This document shows positions 53,385 through 62,799 of a DNA stretch of 64,000 bases, piece after piece. The notes under the pieces are model-generated. The model saw only the letters and a list, made by a program, of their open reading frames with translations, was not told the DNA's origin and did not search any database. Source of the stretch: an uncultured Alphaproteobacteria bacterium (GTDB taxonomy: Bacteria; Pseudomonadota; Alphaproteobacteria; ATCC43930; CGMCC-115725); the NCBI GenBank assembly GCA_963712835.1, contig CAVQJJ010000010.1, positions 42,950-106,949 on the forward strand, read 5' to 3'. The translations under genes and the position numbers were made by a program. Within the stretch, counting starts at the first letter, position 1. The number at the start of each line of letters is the position of its first letter.

Positions 53385-54698
53385 CTAAAAATATTCGCGG
53401 ATCAGATTCGACACCCGACCAAAAATGCCGCGCGCCGGAACCCGTCCCACGCGCGGGCGTTCGGTGCGTTCCGACATCGCGAAGTGCAACAGTCCGGCCG
53501 CGGTCGAGAAGGCCGGCCCATGCGTCGATTCCGCCAGCCCCTTGACCCTGAGCGGCCGGCCGATGCGCACCTGCTTGTCGAGGATCAGCCCAGCCAGCTC
53601 CTTGACGCCGTGCAACTGGCAGGCGCCGCCGGTCAGCACCACGCGGCGTCCGGCGATCTTGTCGGAGCCGCCGGCTTCGAGCCGGTTTCGCACCATCTCC
53701 AAGGTTTCCTCGATGCGCGGCGCGATAATGCGCACCAGCATCGATTTCGGCACGTGGTTGGCATGCCCGTCTTCCTCCTCGCCGATCTGCGGCACCGCGA
53801 TCATCTCGCGCTCGTCGAGGGTGGTGGAGATGGCGCTGCCGAACAGCGCCTTCATCCGCTCGGCATGGGCGATCGGCGTCGACAGGCCGCGGGCGATGTC
53901 GTTGGTGACGTGCGCCCCGCCGACCGGTACGCAATCGGTGAACACCAGGTTGCCGCCGACAAAGACTCCGATCGTCGTCGTGCCGCCCCCCATGTCGATG
54001 ACGGTGACACCGAGATTGGTCTCGTCCTCGACCAGGCAGGACAGTCCCGCCGCGTAGGGGCTGACGACAAAGGCGTCGGGTTCGAGCATCGAGCGGGTAA
54101 TCGCCGCGCTGTGGTTGCGCACCGCGCTCGCCGTTGCGGTCACGACATGCATGTTGACGCCGAGTCTTGTGCCGATCATGCCGCGCGGGTCGCGGATGCC
54201 GCGGCTGTCGTCGATTGAGAAGCCGACCGGGAAGGAATGGATGACCGCGCGGTCGCCCGAGTCGCGCATCGCATAGCCGCGCTCGAGCACGTGCCGCATG
54301 TCGCTATCGCTGATCTCGCGCCCGCCGACGCCGATTTCGGCCTTGATCATGCGCGACGGGCCGAACCCTGACGACAGGCTGACGACGACTCTCTCGATCG
54401 TCTCGTCCGCCATCTCCTCGGCGGCGTGCACCGCGGTGCGGATCGAGTCGCTGACTTCGTCGAGGTTGACGATCGCGCCCGATTTGATGCCGCGCGCCAC
54501 CTGATGGCCGATGCCGAGAATGCGCGGTTCGGCCCCATCGACCCGGGCGATAAAGCAGCAGATCTTGGTCGAGCCGATATCCACGCCGGTGATTAGGCTG
54601 CCGCGCGGTTTGACCGGCGCCGGCTGGCGCGGACGCGGCGACCCGCCATTGCCGCCATTACCCGGCCGTAGTTTGGCTGCGATTGTCCCCCGGCTCAT
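53385..54698 (-). CDS. ftsA: cell division protein FtsA
   Basis: GVDIGSTKICC..IDMGGGTT are actin-like ATPase motifs. The ATG overlaps the ftsQ stop (ATGA). Confidence 0.95.
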   Translation of the reverse strand: MSRGTIAAKLRPGNGGNGGSPRPRQPAPVKPRGSLITGVDIGSTKICCFIARVDGAEPRILGIGHQVARGIKSGAIVNLDEVSDSIRTAVHAAEEMADETIERVVVSLSSGFGPSRMIKAEIGVGGREISDSDMRHVLERGYAMRDSGDRAVIHSFPVGFSIDDSRGIRDPRGMIGTRLGVNMHVVTATASAVRNHSAAITRSMLEPDAFVVSPYAAGLSCLVEDETNLGVTVIDMGGGTTTIGVFVGGNLVFTDCVPVGGAHVTNDIARGLSTPIAHAERMKALFGSAISTTLDEREMIAVPQIGEEEDGHANHVPKSMLVRIIAPRIEETLEMVRNRLEAGGSDKIAGRRVVLTGGACQLHGVKELAGLILDKQVRIGRPLRVKGLAESTHGPAFSTAAGLLHFAMSERTERPRVGRVPARGIFGRVSNLIREYF

Positions 54699-55594
54699 GT
54701 GCTCTTCCCCAGCGCATGAATTTTCTTCGCCGCGCCCGGCGCGTCCTTTTGCGTCGTGTCGGTGACGCGTAGCACCAGCCGATCGGGCAGGCGCATGTCG
54801 ATGGTCTCGACATTGCGCTGCAGGATCTGGCTGGTGCGCTGCAATTCCGCCAGCTTCGACCAGGCGCCCGCCATGTCGTCCTCGGGTAGCATCACGTCGA
54901 TCGCGTTGTCGATGCGCACATTCCAGCGCCGGTCGCCGACCAGCACGATGGCGGTGACGCGCGAATCGATGTCGGGTTCGCTGGCGAGGAGTCCGAGCAG
55001 CCGCGCCGCGCCGTGCCGCGCCCGATCGTCGCCGACCACGGTCGGCAGTTTGGCGAAGCGCGACAGGTCGGTGACCGGGATCACCGTGCCGTCTTGGTCG
55101 ATCAGCTCCTGCTTGCCGTCATGCTGCCACACCGCCAGCGGATCCCGCTCCACGAGATGTACGACGATCGTACCGGGCAACCATCGCTCGATCGACGCCG
55201 AGCGCACCCAGGGCAGCTTTTCCAGCTGCTGCTTGGCACGCGCGGGGCTCACGCCAAGGATTGGGGTTCCGTAATGCGCGTCGAGGGCCGCGAGGATCGT
55301 CGCCGCGTCGGTGGTCTGCCGCCCCTCGACCTGGATGTCGGTGACGACAAGGCCTAGCTTTCCGGTCAGGTCCAAGGCGGCATTCGCGACATCCTGCAGC
55401 GAATGCGGCCCATGGATGTTGCCGTTCATCACCGCGCCGATGCCGAGTCCCGCCGCCAGCGCTAGCGGCGCGCCCCACAGCGCCGTGCGGCGCAGGGTGC
55501 GCGAGGCGCGGCGGCGGCGCGGCCGAGACGCGGCGCGGGGCTGCGCCCTGGATCCTGCCTGCGGCGTCCTAGCCACGCGCGCTCTCCCCGCCAT
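54695..55594 (-). CDS. ftsQ: cell division protein FtsQ
   Basis: Basic N-terminus, one TM (ALWGAPLALAAGLGIGAV), POTRA region (VTDIQVEGRQTTDAATILAAL). The ATG at 55594 overlaps the murB end by 26 nt; 55660 is an alternative start. Confidence 0.85.
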   Translation of the reverse strand: MAGRARVARTPQAGSRAQPRAASRPRRRRASRTLRRTALWGAPLALAAGLGIGAVMNGNIHGPHSLQDVANAALDLTGKLGLVVTDIQVEGRQTTDAATILAALDAHYGTPILGVSPARAKQQLEKLPWVRSASIERWLPGTIVVHLVERDPLAVWQHDGKQELIDQDGTVIPVTDLSRFAKLPTVVGDDRARHGAARLLGLLASEPDIDSRVTAIVLVGDRRWNVRIDNAIDVMLPEDDMAGAWSKLAELQRTSQILQRNVETIDMRLPDRLVLRVTDTTQKDAPGAAKKIHALGKST

Positions 55595-56537
55595 GCCAAT
55601 CCCCGGAAGGCCGGCCGACGCGACGGATCTCCCATTCCAGCGCAACGCCGAATTTCGCATGGACGCGGCGCCGGACCTCCTCGCCGAGGCCTTCGATGTC
55701 GGCGGCGCTGGCGGCGCCGGTGTTGATGAGGAAGTTGGTGTGTTTCTCGGATACCATCGCCCCGCCGCGCGTCAAGCCGCGGCACCCGGCCTCGTCGATC
55801 AGCCGCCAGGCGTGGTCGCCCGGCGGGTTGGCGAAAGTCGAGCCGCCGGTGCGCGCGCGGATCGGCTGCGACGCCTCTCGCGACGCCCGGATCTCGTCCA
55901 TCCGTGCGGCGATTTTGGCGGGCTCGCCGCGCCGCCCGCGCAGCTTCGCGCCGGTGAAGATCCAATCGTCCGGCGCCTCGGAATGGCGATACGACAGCCC
56001 CAGATCGGCCGCCGATACGCGATGGATCGTGCCGCTCCGGCCGATGGCGCTGGCTTCCACGAGAGCGTCCTTGATCTCGCTGCCATAGGCGCCGGCGTTC
56101 ATCCTCAGGCCGCCGCCGATCGTGCCGGGCACGCCGGAGAGGAATTCGAGCCCGGCGATCCCGGCCTCCGCGGCGGTCAGCGCGACATTCAGATCGAGCG
56201 CGCCGGCGCCGGCGCGTAGCTCTTCGCCCGCCGCCGTGATTTCGGCAAACCCGCGGCCAAGCCGCACCGTCACACCCGGGATGCCCCCGTCGCGAACTAG
56301 CAGGTTCGAGGCGACCCCGATCACCGTTACCGGTACATCTTCCGGCAGCGCGCGCAGGAAGTCGGTGAGGTCTTCCGCGTCAGCCGGGCGGAACAGCACC
56401 TCGGCCGGGCCGCCGACGCGGAACCAGGTCATCGGGCCGATCGGCGCATTCGCGGCGATGCGGCCGCGCACCGGCGGCAGCCGGTCGATCAGGTGGCCAT
56501 GCGGGTGATTGGGCATGTCGGTGGCCGGCGCCGTCAT
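55569..56537 (-). CDS. murB: UDP-N-acetylenolpyruvoylglucosamine reductase
   Basis: [35 protein letters not shown] are MurB motifs. The ATG at 56537 overlaps the murC stop (ATGA). Confidence 0.93.
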   Translation of the reverse strand: MTAPATDMPNHPHGHLIDRLPPVRGRIAANAPIGPMTWFRVGGPAEVLFRPADAEDLTDFLRALPEDVPVTVIGVASNLLVRDGGIPGVTVRLGRGFAEITAAGEELRAGAGALDLNVALTAAEAGIAGLEFLSGVPGTIGGGLRMNAGAYGSEIKDALVEASAIGRSGTIHRVSAADLGLSYRHSEAPDDWIFTGAKLRGRRGEPAKIAARMDEIRASREASQPIRARTGGSTFANPPGDHAWRLIDEAGCRGLTRGGAMVSEKHTNFLINTGAASAADIEGLGEEVRRRVHAKFGVALEWEIRRVGRPSGDWHGGESARG

Positions 56538-57970
56538 GCGACCCGGCTCCCCAGGGTCCTTCGCGGGTCGAGCGCCGCCAGCTCGGCCGGCAGCGTGTTG
56601 GCCCAATTGGTGATCGACCCAGCGCCGAGGCAGACGACGATGTCGCCCGGCTGCGCCAGTTCGCGCACCAGCGGCGCCAGTTCCGCCGGATCGCCCAGGG
56701 ACAGCGGGTTGCGGTGGCCGTGCGCCGCGAGGCCCGCCACCAGCGCGCCGCGGTCGATGCCCTCGATCGGCGTCTCGCCGGCGGCGTAGACATCGGCGAC
56801 CAGCACGATGTCGGCGTCGTTGAAGCAGGTGCAGAAGCCGTCGAACAGGTCGGAAAGTCGCGTGTAGCGGTGCGGCTGAACGACGGCGATCACCCGCCCG
56901 GCGGTGATCGCCCGCGCGGCCTTCAGCACCGCGGCGATCTCCACCGGATGGTGGCCGTAATCGTCGATGATCGGCACCCCGTTCCACTCGCCGGTCTTGG
57001 TGAAGCGGCGGCGCACGCCCTTGAAATTCTTGAGGCTTGCGCGCACCACGGCGTCTCCCAACCCCATCTCCGCGGCGACGGCGACCGCCGCCAGCGAGTT
57101 CTGCACGTTGTGATCGCCGAACATCGATAGGAACAGGTTGCGGATCCTCCGCTCGCGCCCGGTGGCGCGGTCGGCGACCACCACGTCATAGGTGCTGCCT
57201 TCGGCGCCGTGGCGGATGTTGACCGCGCGGACATCTGCTTGCGGGCTGAGGCCATAGGTACGGATGCGCCGCTCGGTCAGCTTCGGAATGAGGCCCTGCA
57301 CCACCGGGTGGTCGATGCACAGCACCGCGAAGCCGTAGAACGGGATGTTGCCGGCGAAGGTCTCGAACGCCTGATGCAGCGCGGCGACATCGCCGTAGTG
57401 GTCGAGATGCTCGGGGTCGATATTGGTGACGACCGCGACCGCCGCCGGCAGGCGCGTGAACGTGCCGTCGCTTTCGTCGGCCTCGACCACCATCCAATCG
57501 CTGTCGCCCAATCGCGTGTTGGTGCCGTAGGCGTTGATGATGCCGCCATTGATGACGGTCGGGTCGAGCTGCGCCGTTTCGAGCAGCGCGCCGATCATCG
57601 AGGTGGTCGTGGTCTTGCCGTGCGTGCCGGCGACCGCGATCGCCCATTTGAGGCGCATCAGCTCGCCGAGCATCTCGGCACGCCGCACGACCGGAATGCG
57701 CCGGGCGCGCGCTGCGACCAGCTCGGCGTTGTCGGACTTGATCGCCGACGACACCACGACGACCGCGGCGGTGCCGAGATTTTCCGCCTTGTGGCCGATC
57801 ATCACCGGAATGCCGAGCTCGATCAGCCGCCGCGTGTTGCCGCCTTCGGCGACGTCGCTGCCCTGCACCTGGTAGCCGAGATTGTGCAGCACCTCGGCGA
57901 TGCCGCTCATGCCGATCCCGCCGATGCCGACAAAATGAATGAGGCCGAGCCCCTGCGGCAGCGATCTCAT
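56534..57970 (-). CDS. murC: UDP-N-acetylmuramate--L-alanine ligase
   Basis: [31 protein letters not shown]. Confidence 0.95.
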   Translation of the reverse strand: MRSLPQGLGLIHFVGIGGIGMSGIAEVLHNLGYQVQGSDVAEGGNTRRLIELGIPVMIGHKAENLGTAAVVVVSSAIKSDNAELVAARARRIPVVRRAEMLGELMRLKWAIAVAGTHGKTTTTSMIGALLETAQLDPTVINGGIINAYGTNTRLGDSDWMVVEADESDGTFTRLPAAVAVVTNIDPEHLDHYGDVAALHQAFETFAGNIPFYGFAVLCIDHPVVQGLIPKLTERRIRTYGLSPQADVRAVNIRHGAEGSTYDVVVADRATGRERRIRNLFLSMFGDHNVQNSLAAVAVAAEMGLGDAVVRASLKNFKGVRRRFTKTGEWNGVPIIDDYGHHPVEIAAVLKAARAITAGRVIAVVQPHRYTRLSDLFDGFCTCFNDADIVLVADVYAAGETPIEGIDRGALVAGLAAHGHRNPLSLGDPAELAPLVRELAQPGDIVVCLGAGSITNWANTLPAELAALDPRRTLGSRVA

Positions 57971-59088
57971 GCGGCGCGCTCCAGCGGATCGCCGTTTTGG
58001 CCCGAAGCGAGGCCGCGCACCAGCGCGGCGAGGTGCTCGGCCGCACCGTCGCGCGCGAAGCCGCGCGCCGCTTCCGCGGCCGTGACGAGCGCAGTGGGAT
58101 CGGCGAGCAGCGCGGAGAGCCGCTCGGCCAGCGACCCCGGGGTGAATTCGCTCTGTGACATGGCCCAGCCACCGCCCGACGCGGCGAACGCGCCGGCGTT
58201 CGCGGTCTGGTGATCGTCCATCGCGTGCGGATAGGGGATGAGGATCGCCGGGCGGCCGGCGACGCCCAATTCGGCGATGGTCGAGGCGCCGGCGCGGCAG
58301 ACCACCAGATGCGCGCGTCGCAGCCGGTCCGGCATGTCCCCGAAAAAGCTCTCGATGTCGGCGGCGATCGCCGCATCGCGGTATTGTGCGACCACCGCGT
58401 CCTTGTCTTCCGGCCGCGCCTGCTGTGAGACGTGCACCCGGTGCCGCAGTTTCGCCGGCAACAACATCAGCGCGGGCGGCATGATCTCGCCGAAAACCCG
58501 TGCACCCTGGCTGCCGCCGACCACCAGGATCTCGATCGGTCCGCCCGGCTCAGGCGCGACATAGGGCAGGTCGCCGACGGCATGGATCGCCGGCCGCACC
58601 GGGTTGCCGGTATGCACGGCGCGGGCGTGATCGGCGTCGCGCAGCCCTTGGGTCGCGGCAAACCCGGTGGCGATCCGCCGCGCGCGTGGCGCGAGCAGCC
58701 GGTTGGCGCGGCCGAGCACGACGTTCTGCTCGTGGATCAGCGTCGGCAGGCCGAGCTGCGCGGCGGCAAGCATAGTCGGCACCGACGGGTAGCCGCCAAA
58801 CCCCACGACCGCCGCTGGCGCTAGCCGCCGCAACAGTCGCCGCGCTTGCACCATGCCGACCGCCAGCTCGGCGAGCCCATAGGCTGCGTGCAACGGCCCG
58901 CCGCCGAACCGGCCGGCGCGCACCAGAGCGATCGCCACCCCTGGCACCGACGCGGCGAAGGAATCGGCGCGCCGGTCCGTCAAGAGATGCACCGCGCCGC
59001 CCTCGGCGACCAGCAGCCGGGCCACCGCCTCGGCCGGAAAGAGATGCCCGCCGGTGCCGCCGGCGGCAAGAACGAAAACGGAACTCAT
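57967..59088 (-). CDS. murG: undecaprenyldiphospho-muramoylpentapeptide beta-N-acetylglucosaminyltransferase
   Basis: [23 protein letters not shown]. The ATG at 59088 overlaps the ftsW stop (ATGA). Confidence 0.93.
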   Translation of the reverse strand: MSSVFVLAAGGTGGHLFPAEAVARLLVAEGGAVHLLTDRRADSFAASVPGVAIALVRAGRFGGGPLHAAYGLAELAVGMVQARRLLRRLAPAAVVGFGGYPSVPTMLAAAQLGLPTLIHEQNVVLGRANRLLAPRARRIATGFAATQGLRDADHARAVHTGNPVRPAIHAVGDLPYVAPEPGGPIEILVVGGSQGARVFGEIMPPALMLLPAKLRHRVHVSQQARPEDKDAVVAQYRDAAIAADIESFFGDMPDRLRRAHLVVCRAGASTIAELGVAGRPAILIPYPHAMDDHQTANAGAFAASGGGWAMSQSEFTPGSLAERLSALLADPTALVTAAEAARGFARDGAAEHLAALVRGLASGQNGDPLERAA

Positions 59089-60203
59089 AGCTCGTCCCCG
59101 CCCAGCCGCCGCCGGGTCAAGGCGAGCAGCATGCCCATGCCGAGCGCCAGCGCCATCATCGACGACACGCCGTAGCTCAAAAACGGCAGGGTCATCCCCT
59201 TGGTCGGGATCAGCCGCAGCTCCGAGCCGAGATTGATGATCGCCTGCAGGCCGAACTGCAGCAGCAGCCCGGTCGCCGCGAGCAGGATGAACTGGTCTTG
59301 TTCCTGGAGCAGCCGCGACAGGCCGCGCAACACGATAAACGCGAAAATCCCGATGATGAACACGCAGGCGATAAGGCCGAATTCCTCGCCCGCGACCGCG
59401 AAGACGAAATCGGCATGGGCGTCCGGCAGGTAGTCCTTGACCGTGCCTTCGCCGGGTCCCTTGCCCCACATCCCGCCGGCCATGAAGGCTTCGAGCGAGC
59501 GCCGCACCTGGTACGAATCGCCGGCGCTGGGATCGAGGAAGCGGTTGATGCGGTCGGTGACGTGCGGCACCCATTCATAGGCGGCGAACATCAGCGACGC
59601 GCCGCTGACCAGCCCGATGCCGAGCCAGTAGAAGCGCAGGCCGGCCATGAAGAACTGCGCGAACCACACCGCCGCTACGACCGCCGCCATGCCGATATCG
59701 GGCTGCTTGATGAGAATGCCGAGGATCACGGCAAACAGTGCGGCGCTGATCCAGTTGGCGTGCAGGCGGGGGTTGCGGCGCTGCTCGGCGAAAAGCCAGG
59801 CGGCGACGATGGCGAAAGTCGGCTTGACCAGCTCGGAGGGCTGAATGCCGAGCCCGGCGACATCGATCCAGCGCCTCGCGCCCTTGATCTCGACGCCGAT
59901 GACGAGGGTCGCCACCAGCATCGCCATCGACACGCCGAACAGCACGAACGCCGCGTGTCGCACCTTACGCGGCGTCAGCAGCGACACCGCGAACATGATC
60001 GCGACCGACACCGGCACCGCCAGCAGATGGCGTTTGACGAAATGCATCGGGTCGTAGCCGATCCGCGTCGCGACCGCCGGACTCGCGGTCATGCTCAACA
60101 TCGCGCCGATCGCCAGCAGCGCCAGGAGCGCGCCGAGGCTCCAGCGGTCGACCGTCCACCACCAGCGCGCCACCGGGCTTTGATCGAGGCGGTTGAACCT
60201 CAT
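59085..60203 (-). CDS. ftsW: peptidoglycan glycosyltransferase FtsW (SEDS)
   Basis: Polytopic. QPSELVKP..DFVFAVAGEEFG..P.KG..LPF.SYG are SEDS motifs. The ATG at 60203 overlaps the murD stop (ATGA). Confidence 0.92.
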   Translation of the reverse strand: MRFNRLDQSPVARWWWTVDRWSLGALLALLAIGAMLSMTASPAVATRIGYDPMHFVKRHLLAVPVSVAIMFAVSLLTPRKVRHAAFVLFGVSMAMLVATLVIGVEIKGARRWIDVAGLGIQPSELVKPTFAIVAAWLFAEQRRNPRLHANWISAALFAVILGILIKQPDIGMAAVVAAVWFAQFFMAGLRFYWLGIGLVSGASLMFAAYEWVPHVTDRINRFLDPSAGDSYQVRRSLEAFMAGGMWGKGPGEGTVKDYLPDAHADFVFAVAGEEFGLIACVFIIGIFAFIVLRGLSRLLQEQDQFILLAATGLLLQFGLQAIINLGSELRLIPTKGMTLPFLSYGVSSMMALALGMGMLLALTRRRLGGDEL

Positions 60204-61600
60204 GCTGCCCCGCCCTTCGCCGAAGTCGCGCCCGGCAGTTCGCCCACCAGCCGGCGGAATGTGTCGCCCCGCACCTCGAAATTGGGGAACTGGTCGTAGG
60301 AGGCGCAGGCGGGCGACAACAGCACCACCGCGTCCGGGGCATGCTCGCCGCGCGCCCGGTCGGCAGCCGCCGCCACGGCATTCGCGAGGTCGCCGCAGCG
60401 TGTGTATGAGACCTTGCCGTCGAGCGTCGCCGCGAACTCCCCCGTTGCGTTCCCGATCAGGAACGCATGCCGCACGCGCTTGAAATACGGCGCCAGCGAC
60501 GTGATCCCACCCGCCTTTGGAAGACCGCCGGCAATCCAGTAGATCGCTTCGTAGCACGCGAGCGCCTTTTCGGCGGCGTCGGCGTTGGTGGCCTTCGAAT
60601 CATTGATATAGCGTACGCCGTCGATCGTATCTACCAGTTCTTGACGGTGCGCGAGGCCGGGGAAGGTGCGGATCCCGGTAATCGCTGCTTCGGGCGAAAC
60701 CCCGGCGCGCCGCGCCACGGCATAGGCGGCGGCGGCGTTCTGCGCGTTGTGGTTGCCCGGCAAAAGCGGCGCCTCGCGCAAGTCGAAGACGCGCTCCGGC
60801 GAACCCTCCATCGCATCGACCAGCCAGCTATCCTCGACATAGACACCGTCGCGCACGACCTCCTTGACCGAAACCGGCACGATCCGCCGGTTGCCGTCGA
60901 GGCGCAGCTCCGCCGTGATCTCGCGGCAGAAATCGTCGTCGACCCCGACAACGGCTGTGGCAGCGTCACCCTGGCGGGAGAAAATCTGCTTCTTGGCGGC
61001 CACATAGCCCATCATGTCGCCGTGCCGGTCGAGATGGTCGGGGGTGATGTTGAGCAGCACGGCGATGTCGAAGGCGATGGTCTCGACCAGCTCGAGCTGG
61101 AACGAGCTCATCTCCAGCACATAGGTTCCGCCGCTATCGAGCGGTTTGAGGCCGAGCGCCGGCGGGCCGAGATTACCGCCCACCTCCACCGTCTCGCCGA
61201 CGCTGGCGAGGATATGACCGATCATTGCCGTGGTCGTCGATTTGCCGTTGGTGCCGGTGATGCCGATCATGCGCGCCTTTGGCTGCGCGCGGCCCAGCAG
61301 CTCGATGTCGCCGATGACCGGCACGCCGGCGGCGCGGGCGGCGGTCACCGCCGGGTGTGGTTGCGGAAAGCTGTGCGGGATGCCGGGCGACAGCATCAGC
61401 GCGGCGACATCGCGCCAGTCGATCTTCGCCAGATCGCACAGGTTCAGCTCGGCGGCGATGCCGGACCGGGTCTTCTCGCTGTCGTCCCAGGCGAGCGCTT
61501 CGGCGCCTCCCGCTTCCAGCGCCGCCACCGCGGCGCGCCCGGAACGCGCGAGGCCGAGCACCGCGACCTTGCGGCCCTCGAAGCCGGGCACCGGGATCAT
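60200..61600 (-). CDS. murD: UDP-N-acetylmuramoylalanine--D-glutamate ligase
   Basis: VAVLGLARSG..ITGTNGKSTTTAM..NDSKATN. Confidence 0.95.
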   Translation of the reverse strand: MIPVPGFEGRKVAVLGLARSGRAAVAALEAGGAEALAWDDSEKTRSGIAAELNLCDLAKIDWRDVAALMLSPGIPHSFPQPHPAVTAARAAGVPVIGDIELLGRAQPKARMIGITGTNGKSTTTAMIGHILASVGETVEVGGNLGPPALGLKPLDSGGTYVLEMSSFQLELVETIAFDIAVLLNITPDHLDRHGDMMGYVAAKKQIFSRQGDAATAVVGVDDDFCREITAELRLDGNRRIVPVSVKEVVRDGVYVEDSWLVDAMEGSPERVFDLREAPLLPGNHNAQNAAAAYAVARRAGVSPEAAITGIRTFPGLAHRQELVDTIDGVRYINDSKATNADAAEKALACYEAIYWIAGGLPKAGGITSLAPYFKRVRHAFLIGNATGEFAATLDGKVSYTRCGDLANAVAAAADRARGEHAPDAVVLLSPACASYDQFPNFEVRGDTFRRLVGELPGATSAKGGAA

Positions 61601-61604
61601 CTCG

Positions 61605-62693
61605 TCACCGCAGTTTCAAGGTCGCCAGCCCGGCGAGCGCCAGGATCGCGGCGATGATCCAAAAGCGGATGACGATGGTCGGCTCCGACCAGCCCTTCTG
61701 CTCGAAATGATGGTGCAGCGGCGCCATGCGAAAGACGCGCCGTCCGGTCAGCTTGAAGCTCGCCACCTGGACGATCACCGACACCGCTTCCAGCACGAAC
61801 AAGCCGCCGATAATGGCCAGCACCAATTCGTGCTTGGCGATGACGCTGATCGTGCCGAGCGCGCCACCCAACGAGAGTGAGCCTGTGTCGCCCATGAAAA
61901 CCATTGCCGGCGGCGCGTTGAACCACAGGAAGCCGAGCCCCGCGCCGACCATCGCGCCGCAAAACACCGAAAGCTCGTCGGCATGCGGGATATGGTAGAG
62001 CTGCAGATAGGCGGCAAAAGTCGCGTTGCCGACCAAATAGGCGATGAACGCGAAGCAGCCGGCGGCGATCATCGTTGGCACGATCGCCAGCCCGTCGAGC
62101 CCGTCGGTCAGATTGACCGAGTTCGACGCCCCGACGATCACCAGCACCCCGAACGGCACGTAGAACCAGCCGAGCGCGAAGATCGCGCTCTTGAAGAACG
62201 GCACCGCCACGTCGTTGGCGAATGGCTGATGCAGGACGGCGGCCAGAACGATGCAGGCGGCGGCGGCGATGGCGATTTCCAGCGCCAGCTTCGAGCGCCC
62301 CGAAACGCCGCGATGCGAGCGCCGGGTGAGCTTGCGGTAATCGTCGAAAAATCCGATCAGCCCAAAGCAGACCGTCACGATCAGCGCCAGCCAAACATAG
62401 GCATTCGCCAGGTCGGCCCACAGCAAGGTCGAAATCGTCAGCGCCAGGAGGATCAGGAAGCCGCCCATCGTGGGCGTGCCCTTTTTGCTGACCAGGTGGC
62501 TTTGCGGGCCGTCGTCGCGGATCGGCTGGCCCTCGCCCTGCTTCGACTTGAGCCAGGCGATGACCGCCGGCCCGCAGACGAAGCTGATCAGCAGCGCGGT
62601 GACCACCGCGCCGCCCGAGCGAAAGGTGATGTAGCGGAACAGGTTGAACGCGTGAAACTGGTCGGCAAGCGGGTAGAGCAGCAGGTAAAGCAT
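61605..62693 (-). CDS. mraY: phospho-N-acetylmuramoyl-pentapeptide-transferase
   Basis: [40 protein letters not shown] at 62693. Confidence 0.95.
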   Translation of the reverse strand: MLYLLLYPLADQFHAFNLFRYITFRSGGAVVTALLISFVCGPAVIAWLKSKQGEGQPIRDDGPQSHLVSKKGTPTMGGFLILLALTISTLLWADLANAYVWLALIVTVCFGLIGFFDDYRKLTRRSHRGVSGRSKLALEIAIAAAACIVLAAVLHQPFANDVAVPFFKSAIFALGWFYVPFGVLVIVGASNSVNLTDGLDGLAIVPTMIAAGCFAFIAYLVGNATFAAYLQLYHIPHADELSVFCGAMVGAGLGFLWFNAPPAMVFMGDTGSLSLGGALGTISVIAKHELVLAIIGGLFVLEAVSVIVQVASFKLTGRRVFRMAPLHHHFEQKGWSEPTIVIRFWIIAAILALAGLATLKLR

Positions 62694-62711
62694 GCGGTCG
62701 ATTTTCTTTAA

Positions 62712-62731
62712 GCTGCGGCCATGGCCGCAGC
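62712..62731. repeat. perfect 20-nt palindrome in the murE-mraY spacer
   Basis: GCTGCGGCCATGGCCGCAGC forms an 8-bp GC stem with a 4-nt loop. It sits where murF would normally lie. Confidence 0.5.
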
Positions 62732-62799
62732 CGCGCGACAAGGCCGAGCGTAACGCATAGTCGCATCGCTTCGGTGCCACAACCCGTCATGCGACCGCC

